A stretch of DNA of 32,000 bases from Gemmata obscuriglobus (GTDB taxonomy: Bacteria > Planctomycetota > Planctomycetia > Gemmatales > Gemmataceae), in contig NZ_CP042911.1 in assembly GCF_008065095.1 (NCBI RefSeq), positions 6,600,001-6,632,000 on the forward strand, given 5' to 3'. The notes beneath the pieces were generated by a model. It made no database searches and had not been told where the DNA came from. It saw only the letters and a list, made by a program, of their open reading frames with translations. The position numbers were made by a program, and so were the translations under genes. Below are positions 8,115-14,998 of this stretch, one piece after another; the stretch's first letter is position 1, and each line of letters starts with the position of its first letter.

Positions 8115-11100
8115 GCTGGCCCCTGTCGCACGAGTTCAACGAGGCGATCCAGAACCCGAAGGTGGCGTTCGCCGACCCCGAGCTGCGGGACGGGGAGCCG
8201 GTGGTCGGGGCGGCCGGCCTGCCGCTGCCGCGGTCCGGCAACTTCGCGGACGTGTACCAGGTGCGCGGGGCCGGCGGGCGCGACTGGGCGGTGAAGTGCT
8301 TCACCCGGCCGGTCGCGGGGCTGGCCGAGCGGTACGCCCGGGTGAGCGAGGCGCTGGAGCGGGCGAACCTGCCGTTCAACGTCGGGTTCAAGTTCCTGGC
8401 CGAGGGCATCCGGGTGGGCGGGGCGTGGCGCCCGGTCGTGATGATGGAGTGGGTCGAGGGGCTGCTGCTCAACCAGGTGGCCCGCGAGGCGGCCGGGAAG
8501 CCGCAGACGCTCGGCGCGCTGGGCCAGATGTGGGCGAAGCTGTGCCGGCGGCTGCGCAAGGCCGGGATCGCGCACGCGGACCTGCAGCACGGCAACGTGC
8601 TCATGGTGCCCGGGAACCGGGCCGGGGCCTACGGGCTGAAGCTGATCGACTACGACGGCGTGTGGGTGCCGGCCCTGGCCAACGTCCCGAGCGGCGAGTC
8701 CGGGCACCCGTCGTTCCAGCACCCGGCCCGGGCCGCCACCCGCACCTACTCGCCGGACGTGGACCGGTTCCCGCACCTGGTGGTCGCCGCCGCGCTGCGC
8801 GGGCTGGCGGTCGGCGGCGCGGCGCTGTGGGAGCGGTACGACAACGGCGACAACCTGCTGTTCACCGAGGACGACTACAAAAACCCGGCCGAATCGAAGC
8901 TAATGCGGGAGCTGTGGGGGCTGCACGACCCCGCGGTTCAGGCGCTGGTCGGGCGGCTGGCGATCGCGTGCGGCCAGCCGATCCCGCAGACCCCGTGGCT
9001 GGACCGGATCGCCCCCGAGGGGGAGCCGGTGCCGCTCGACGAGCCCACCCGGCTGGAAGCAGCCGCGGCCCTCGGAATCGCCCTGTCGGTGCCGGTCGCG
9101 CTGCCGCCCGAACCCGGCGCGGAGCCCATACCCGAACTCGTCCCGCTACCCGTACCGGAGGAGCCACCTTTTACGGTCGTCGACGAAGAGTACGACTACG
9201 ACGACGAGGATGACGAGAACGATGACGAGCACGACCATGAGTATGACCCCGAGCCGCAGAAGAGAACCCGCTCGACCTTCGAGCGGCCGAGGACGCGCGG
9301 GAGTAAAGCGCATCCGAAGGCAAAGGCCGGCGGCGGAAAAGTGATTGTGTTCGCGGCGATCGGTGCTGCGGCGGTCGTGCTGGTCGGTGCCCTCGCCGCG
9401 GCGGTGGTACTCGGCGGGGGCCGGTTCAAGCCGGACGGGACCGCCCAGACCCCGCCCAAGGACGCGCCGCCGACAGCCGCGGAACAGGGGGCACCGAAAG
9501 CCCCCCACGCGGGGCCGCAAACGGACCCCGAGCCCGAAATCCCCTTCACCGTACCGCACAGCGTCCCGTACCCGCCCGCCGGCGGGCGATACGGGCTCAG
9601 GCTGGTGTGGACCACTGCGGAAGATCTCGGGGGCGGGCTGTACCCAGTTTGCACCCTGAATTCCAGGCTGGTCGCGTTTCCCGGGGTGATGGGCGGCGAC
9701 TCGCGCGGGGCGGTACTCGACGCCGCGACCGGGAAACGGGTCGCGCAGAGCCAGGCGCGCCCCGCGGCCGGTTCGTTCGATCGGCTCCAGCCGCTCAACG
9801 ACGAGCGGTTCGCGGTCACGGCCCAGCACTCGCTGGCGCCGATCCCGGTCGTCGACGCCCGCACCGGACAGACGACCGAACTCCCTTACATCCCCGGGCC
9901 GCGACGCGTGACCTTCGAGCAGGTCTCGCCGGGCGCTCAGTACGTCGCGCTGTGCGTGCCGCCCCTGGCGCCCGACGTCGGCTCGTTCAAGCTGATGCGC
10001 ACCAGCGACGAGCGGGTACTTTTGGACCTCCCGTGCCCGGCCGTCCGGGCGCACTTCGCCGCGGACGGAACCCGGGTGCTCCTGGTGGAGAGAACCGGCG
10101 CGTGCCGGTGGTTCAAGCTGCCGTCCGGCCGGCCCGACGGACAGTTCGACCTGCCGATCGCGACCGACAAGTGGCAAGGGGGCGGGCTGTCGGCCGTGTC
10201 CGCCGACGGGTCCGTACTGGTCTTCTCCGGGTCACTTCACGGGCACACCGGCGACGCCCACATTCTCGACGGCCGGACCGGGCGCGTCCGCGCGTCGATC
10301 GCCCAGCCCCACGTCACCACGCACCCGTCGTTGTCCGCCGACGGCGCGCTGCTGGTGGTGACCAGCTCGTCCCAGGGGAAAACGACCGTGTCGGTGCTGC
10401 GCACCGACACGGCGGCGGTGGTCGCCGAGCTGGAAGCCCGCCCGGGGGCCACGTACTGCCCCGCCATCCTGCCCGACGGGCGCGGCTTTGTTGTGAGGGT
10501 ACACGTGCCGGGCGAGCGGCGGTCGTACGCCCAGCGGTACGACTTCGCCCCGGCCGGCGCGCTGCCCCCGGAAGCGACCGCCGGGCGGGAGCGGCTCAAG
10601 GTCGATCTCAACTTCCAACCGCAGTTCGCCCGGTTCAGCGGGGACGGGCAGGCGCTAACGGCTCACGCGGACAAGAGCAAGTGGTTCGCGCTGATCGACG
10701 CGCGGGCCGGCAAGGTTCGAATCATCCCGACCACCGGCGACCTTCGCGCGTACAGCTTCGTTCCGCTGGCGCGCGGCCGGGTCGGCGTGTTCGACGAGGG
10801 CACCAACGTCGTCCGTGTCCTCAGCGCGGAAACCGGCGCCCAAACGGACACGATCAATCTGCCCCAGTTCCCCGCCGGGTACGCGTCGTCCTTCCGCACG
10901 ATCCGGCCCTCGCCGGGCGGGCGGTTCGTCGCGGTCGGTTGTTTGGGCGGGGTGCGTTTCAACCCGGAGACCAAGCGCACGGACGAGATCCCGGGGCCGG
11001 TGCAGGTGTTCGACACGCGGACCGGTAAAACCGTCGTCTCGACCGAGTGGTACGGGGACGTGATGCACACCGGGTTCGCGTTCAGCCCGGACTCGTCGCG

Positions 11101-12619
11101 CGTGCTGGTGATCGACCGGCGGCTCCGCGGGCGGTGGTACAAGCTGCCGTCGGGCGAGCCGGACAGCGAGTGGGTGTACGGCGGGGGGGCCGGGGCGCCG
11201 GCCGGAGCGGCCGTGTCCGTCGCCCGGCTGTCTCAAGACGGCCGGGCCGTGCTCTGCAACGGGTTCGCGGCCGGGCGGCCCGGCGCGTTCACCCTCGACG
11301 CGGCCACCGGCGCGCTGGGCACCGTGTTTGAAGGGGCTTACGGGATCGGCGAACTGTCCGCGGACGGCACGCGGGCGCGGCTGGCGGCGAACAAGCCGGG
11401 GCGGCACACCTCGGTCGTCGTGAACACGAGCACCGGGTCGGAAGTCGGCCGCGTCGAGATCGCCACCGGTCCCGACAGCGCGCCGAACGTCGAACTGGCG
11501 CCGGACGGCCGGGCGCTGCTCCATTTCGACGGCAGCAAGCGCGGCCCGCTGGTGGTGTACGACCTGGCCGGTGCGGCCGACGACCCGCCCGCACCGGCCG
11601 TCGGCGCGGGACCGAAGCCGCGCTGGACCGGCACCACACAGGTCACCGGCCAGGCGGTCCGACTGCACGCGGACGCGGAATCGGACCTGCTGCTCGTGGC
11701 CGGGTCCGTCGGCGGCCTGAATGCGTTCAAACTGCGCACCGGGGCCGCGGTCAAAATCGACACGGGCCGCGCGGTCGCCGAGTTCTACGACATGACCGGC
11801 GGACAGGTCGGCGTCCGGCCGCGTACCACGATGGGCGAGTTGTTGATCCTGGACGCGGCCACCGGGCGGGAAATCAAGAAGGTGCCGGTACCCGCACTGC
11901 CGCCCGAGAGCGGGTCGCCGAGGCCCACGCCGGCGCTGTCACCGACCGGTACGCACGTCGCCATCACCCACGCGAACCTGAACGCACCCGGCCCGATGCG
12001 GGTGATCGATTTGGCGACCGGCAAACCGGTGGTCCAACTCGACTGGGCCGGCGGGACGGCACACTTCACCGCGGACGGGCGCCGGGTTCTGTTGGCCGAA
12101 CGGACCGGACGGTGCCGGTGGTACAAGCTCCCGTCCGGCGCCGCGGACGGCGAATGGGCCGGCCCGCCCGACGCCGACAGCACCCGGTATCAGGTGACGT
12201 CCATATCCGCGGACGGCGCGCTGGTCGGGTTCACAGTTCGGAGCGGGTCGTCCGGCCCGAACCGCGGGCCGGTGGTGCTGGACGGGCGCACCGGCAAGCC
12301 CGTCCACCGGTTCGGCGCCGACTACCGGCTCACCTCACCGGTTCAGCTCTCGGCCGACGGCCGCCGCGCGGCCGTGGCCCGGAGGCGCGACAGCGTGGAC
12401 GTGATCGACCTCCGAACCGGCGCGGTACTGGTGCGCGCGCCGATACAAGCACAGACCAGCGCCGCGCCGTTCGCGCTGAGCCGGGACGGGGCGGTGCTGG
12501 TCACGGTGCCCGAAGCGAGGGCGGTCCACGTGTTCGAGGTGGACGCAAGCAAGCCGCCCGCGCCGGCGGCCAACGAGAACAACAGTTTGGGCAAAGCCGC
12601 TTCGCCCGGCCCGCCGTGA
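8111..12619 (+). CDS. Transmembrane protein kinase with a three-fold repeated beta-propeller-like ectodomain
   Basis: The GTG start forms a GTGA overlap with the phosphatase stop. Kinase motifs are SGNFADVYQV (P-loop-like), WAVKCF (VAIK Lys), HADLQHGN (catalytic loop) and LIDYDG (DFG equivalent). An acidic linker VDEEYDYDDEDDENDDEHDHEYDPE follows. There is a single TM helix, VIVFAAIGAAAVVLVGALAAAVVL (about 9341-9420). The remaining roughly 1050 aa carry repeated xDxxTGxxV / SxDGxxL blade-like units. Confidence 0.8.
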   Translation: MSWPLSHEFNEAIQNPKVAFADPELRDGEPVVGAAGLPLPRSGNFADVYQVRGAGGRDWAVKCFTRPVAGLAERYARVSEALERANLPFNVGFKFLAEGIRVGGAWRPVVMMEWVEGLLLNQVAREAAGKPQTLGALGQMWAKLCRRLRKAGIAHADLQHGNVLMVPGNRAGAYGLKLIDYDGVWVPALANVPSGESGHPSFQHPARAATRTYSPDVDRFPHLVVAAALRGLAVGGAALWERYDNGDNLLFTEDDYKNPAESKLMRELWGLHDPAVQALVGRLAIACGQPIPQTPWLDRIAPEGEPVPLDEPTRLEAAAALGIALSVPVALPPEPGAEPIPELVPLPVPEEPPFTVVDEEYDYDDEDDENDDEHDHEYDPEPQKRTRSTFERPRTRGSKAHPKAKAGGGKVIVFAAIGAAAVVLVGALAAAVVLGGGRFKPDGTAQTPPKDAPPTAAEQGAPKAPHAGPQTDPEPEIPFTVPHSVPYPPAGGRYGLRLVWTTAEDLGGGLYPVCTLNSRLVAFPGVMGGDSRGAVLDAATGKRVAQSQARPAAGSFDRLQPLNDERFAVTAQHSLAPIPVVDARTGQTTELPYIPGPRRVTFEQVSPGAQYVALCVPPLAPDVGSFKLMRTSDERVLLDLPCPAVRAHFAADGTRVLLVERTGACRWFKLPSGRPDGQFDLPIATDKWQGGGLSAVSADGSVLVFSGSLHGHTGDAHILDGRTGRVRASIAQPHVTTHPSLSADGALLVVTSSSQGKTTVSVLRTDTAAVVAELEARPGATYCPAILPDGRGFVVRVHVPGERRSYAQRYDFAPAGALPPEATAGRERLKVDLNFQPQFARFSGDGQALTAHADKSKWFALIDARAGKVRIIPTTGDLRAYSFVPLARGRVGVFDEGTNVVRVLSAETGAQTDTINLPQFPAGYASSFRTIRPSPGGRFVAVGCLGGVRFNPETKRTDEIPGPVQVFDTRTGKTVVSTEWYGDVMHTGFAFSPDSSRVLVIDRRLRGRWYKLPSGEPDSEWVYGGGAGAPAGAAVSVARLSQDGRAVLCNGFAAGRPGAFTLDAATGALGTVFEGAYGIGELSADGTRARLAANKPGRHTSVVVNTSTGSEVGRVEIATGPDSAPNVELAPDGRALLHFDGSKRGPLVVYDLAGAADDPPAPAVGAGPKPRWTGTTQVTGQAVRLHADAESDLLLVAGSVGGLNAFKLRTGAAVKIDTGRAVAEFYDMTGGQVGVRPRTTMGELLILDAATGREIKKVPVPALPPESGSPRPTPALSPTGTHVAITHANLNAPGPMRVIDLATGKPVVQLDWAGGTAHFTADGRRVLLAERTGRCRWYKLPSGAADGEWAGPPDADSTRYQVTSISADGALVGFTVRSGSSGPNRGPVVLDGRTGKPVHRFGADYRLTSPVQLSADGRRAAVARRRDSVDVIDLRTGAVLVRAPIQAQTSAAPFALSRDGAVLVTVPEARAVHVFEVDASKPPAPAANENNSLGKAASPGPP

Positions 12620-12721
12620 AGGCCCCGTGAACGGCTCGGGCGCACGTTGACCGGGGCCCACATCCGCCTTAGGCTTTCTGATGTTGTTTTGTTACTCGCG
12701 CCCCTCCCCGCAGCGGAGTGA

Positions 12722-13495
12722 GTGCCGGCGGCCGATTCGCCCCGCCGACGGAGAAGCGACGTGTCCGAACCAAACGAGCAGGTCACCGGGTTGCGGCTGG
12801 ATCAGATCTCAACGCACGTCGCCACACTCGGCGACGCCGAGAAGTTCTTCGTCCGGTACGGCCGGGCCGTCGGCGGCTACCTCCGGGCCATCCTGCAAGA
12901 CCCGGGGGCGACCGACGAGGTGATGCAGGAGCTGGTGCTCGCGCTGCTGCGGCGCGGGGGCGTCGCAAAGTGGCCGGGGAAGGGTCGGTTCCGGGACTAC
13001 CTGAAGGCGGCGGCCCGGAACGCGGCGATCACCCACCTCCGCAGAACCGGCCGCCAGCCCGCGGCGGCGGAGCTGGGCGAGGTCGCCGACCCGCACAGCG
13101 CCGGCAGCGCGGCGGACCGCGCGCTGCTGAGCGAGTGGCAGAGCTGCCTGTTGGACCGGGTTTGGCGGGCGCTGGAGGGGCACGAGCGACGCACCCCCGG
13201 GAACATCTGCTACACCGCCCTCAAGGTGTTCACCGAGTTCCCGCACGAGCCGTCGCCGCGCCTGGCCGCGATCGCGACCCAGCGCACCGGGCACGCGGTT
13301 GGCGCGGAGGCGTTCCGGAAACAGGTGAGCCGCGCGCGGTGTCTGATGGCCGAGTTGATCCTCACCGAGGCCGCCCGCGGGGTGATCCCGCCGACCGCGG
13401 ACGGGGTCGAAGCCGAACTCCACGAACTCGGGCTCTGGTCCTACGTCGAGGACCACCTCCCGGACGACTGGCGCACCCGCTTCTTCAGCGCCTGA
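12722..13495 (+). CDS. ECF-like sigma-70 family RNA polymerase sigma factor with no adjacent anti-sigma gene
   Basis: The region-2-like segment reads FFVRYGRAVGGYLRAILQDPGATDEVMQELVLALLRR ... RFRDYLKAAARNAAITHLRR. The region-4-like HTH reads AIATQRTGHAVGAEAFRKQVSRARCLMAELI. The start is uncertain: GTG at 12722, or GTG at 12761, which is preceded by GGAG at 12749. Confidence 0.6.
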   Translation: MPAADSPRRRRSDVSEPNEQVTGLRLDQISTHVATLGDAEKFFVRYGRAVGGYLRAILQDPGATDEVMQELVLALLRRGGVAKWPGKGRFRDYLKAAARNAAITHLRRTGRQPAAAELGEVADPHSAGSAADRALLSEWQSCLLDRVWRALEGHERRTPGNICYTALKVFTEFPHEPSPRLAAIATQRTGHAVGAEAFRKQVSRARCLMAELILTEAARGVIPPTADGVEAELHELGLWSYVEDHLPDDWRTRFFSA

Positions 13496-13628
13496 CGCCA
13501 GATGGTCAATCCGGCCGAATCGGTAACCGCAGACGCAGACGGGGCGCGACCGCGTGCAACTCCGCCCGTGCCATCTGTAATGTGGTGGCTCGTCGTCTCC
13601 AACAAAATGACCCGCACCGGGCAGGGAG

Positions 13629-13877
13629 TCTTGAAGGGAGGACAACCTACCCCCCGGCCCCCTCCCTGAAGGGAGGGGGTGGCGCCTGGAGTGCTGGTCC
13701 CGGTGCGGCCCACACACGCGAAGCGAAGCCCCATCTCCAGCCCCTTTCATAGGGAGGGGAGGAAAACACGGGCGAACTCGAAGCGTCGCGCGCTCCTTTA
13801 GCGCCGGGACCAGCGCTCCAGGCGCCCCCCTCCCTTCAGGGAGGGGGCCGGGGGGTAGGTTGCCTTCCCTTCAAGGA
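13629..13877. repeat. Long imperfect palindromic repeat element (MITE/REP-BIME-like). Two inverted arms of about 78 nt flank a 94-nt spacer.
   Basis: Arm A (13629-13706) reads cttgaagggaggacaacctaccccccggccccctccctgaagggagggggtggcgcctggagtgctggtcccggtgc. It is nearly the exact reverse complement of arm B (13801-13877). Each arm also contains its own hairpin, CCCCCTCCC-TGAA-GGGAGGGGG. Confidence 0.85.
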
Positions 13878-14416
13878 GGTGCCGGGGGCGAGGCGCAGGC
13901 GAAACACGTGCCAAACGACGGCCTCTCCCCTGCAACCCACGGACCGGGGGCACCGACGGGTCAACAACGGGACATCCGCTGGGGCTCACGCGGGCGTCGG
14001 ACTGGCGTATCGCTGGCAGGTCGCTACCACGAATCGCCCGCCGCAACGCCCCGGTACGGGGGTTGGGCCGCGTGCCGTGATGCAAGCGTCCGAACTGCAT
14101 GCGGAAAAAAGGTGGTCGAACATGCCCAATATGCGGATTGCTTCGGCTCAGGGCATGAAGCAGCGGTTTCGATTGAAGCGGCGGGGGGTGTTATCGAATG
14201 ACTTCATGGTACGAACGGTGCGGCGCCCCCTCTCACCCGCCACGGCCGGAGGGCCTACAATGGCGGGTAGCCACGCCTCACCTGAGCTGTTAGCCTAGCG
14301 GGTGGAATTTATCTGATCGCGCCGCCGAACCCTCCCAGGCGCGAAACTCGCGTCCACACAACCGGTAACTCCGGGTCTGTCGCGTTCCGATGTGGCGACC
14401 GGGTTGAGGGAGCGTC

Positions 14417-14998
14417 ATGCACACCACGTCCGTGACACTGCTGGCCCGTCTCCGCCAGACCGGAGACGGAGACGCGTGGGCGCGGTTCGTCCGGACGTAC
14501 TCGCCGCTCCTGTACGGGTGGGCCAGGCGGATGGCGCTCGCGCACGACGACGCGGTCGACTTGGTGCAGGACGTGTTCGCCGTTTTGGTCCAGCAAATCC
14601 CCCGGTTCGACTACGACGGGCAGCAGCGGTTCCGCGGCTGGCTGTGGACGATCACCCGCCGGCGGTGGGCGGACCGCAAACGGAAGGCGAGCCTTCCGAT
14701 CGACCCCGGGCGCGACCCGTCCGAACTGCCGGCGGCCAGCGCTGACATCGGACTGGAAGAGGCCGAGTTTCGCGCGCACCTGATCCGGCACGTGGTTCCG
14801 ACCCTTCGCGGGAACTTCCATGAGACCACCTGGCGGTCGTTCTGGAAGCACGTTGTTGACGGCCGGCCCGTGACCGAGGTGGCGGCCGAGGAGGGGGTCA
14901 CCGTGGCGGCGGTCTACAAAGCCAAGCTGCGGGTGACCGCCCACCTCCAAAAGGAACTGGCCGACCTGATGACCGATTCACCCGGCGACCCGTTATGA
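14417..14998 (+). CDS. ECF-type RNA polymerase sigma factor (planctomycete type, kinase-associated)
   Basis: The N-terminus reads TSVTLLARLRQTGDGDAWARFVRTYSPLLYGWARR. Region 2 reads DLVQDVFAVLVQQ...FRGWLWTITRRRWADRKR. Region 4 reads EVAAEEGVTVAAVYKAKLRVTAHLQKEL. The stop overlaps the next gene's start (ATGA at 14995-14998). Confidence 0.85.
   Translation: MHTTSVTLLARLRQTGDGDAWARFVRTYSPLLYGWARRMALAHDDAVDLVQDVFAVLVQQIPRFDYDGQQRFRGWLWTITRRRWADRKRKASLPIDPGRDPSELPAASADIGLEEAEFRAHLIRHVVPTLRGNFHETTWRSFWKHVVDGRPVTEVAAEEGVTVAAVYKAKLRVTAHLQKELADLMTDSPGDPL

Noticed and set aside
6361-8604. 747-aa minus-strand ORF spanning the vWA, PP2C and kinase genes
   Set aside because: It is extremely Arg/Pro/Gly/Ala-rich with no recognisable domain. 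It lies antisense to three genes with clear motifs. This is the usual antisense-ORF artefact of high-GC DNA.
10714-10723. GGTTCGAATC, a tRNA T-arm-like decamer
   Set aside because: It lies inside the kinase coding frame (GKVRIIP). No acceptor, D or anticodon arms can be drawn around it.
12718-13752. 344-aa alternative frame overlapping the sigma-like gene, and the 313-aa antisense ORF (12809-13750 minus)
   Set aside because: Both are RG/RP-rich artefacts. The 12722 frame carries recognisable sigma region-2 and region-4 sequence.
13798-14298. ORFs of 100-139 aa in the sigma-sigma intergenic region (13798-14100 minus, 13860-14201 plus, 13879-14298 plus)
   Set aside because: They start inside the palindromic repeat arm (the 'PSLQGG/SLKGGG' peptides). 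They are Arg/Gly/Pro-rich and mutually overlapping, and they lack RBS or domain signals.
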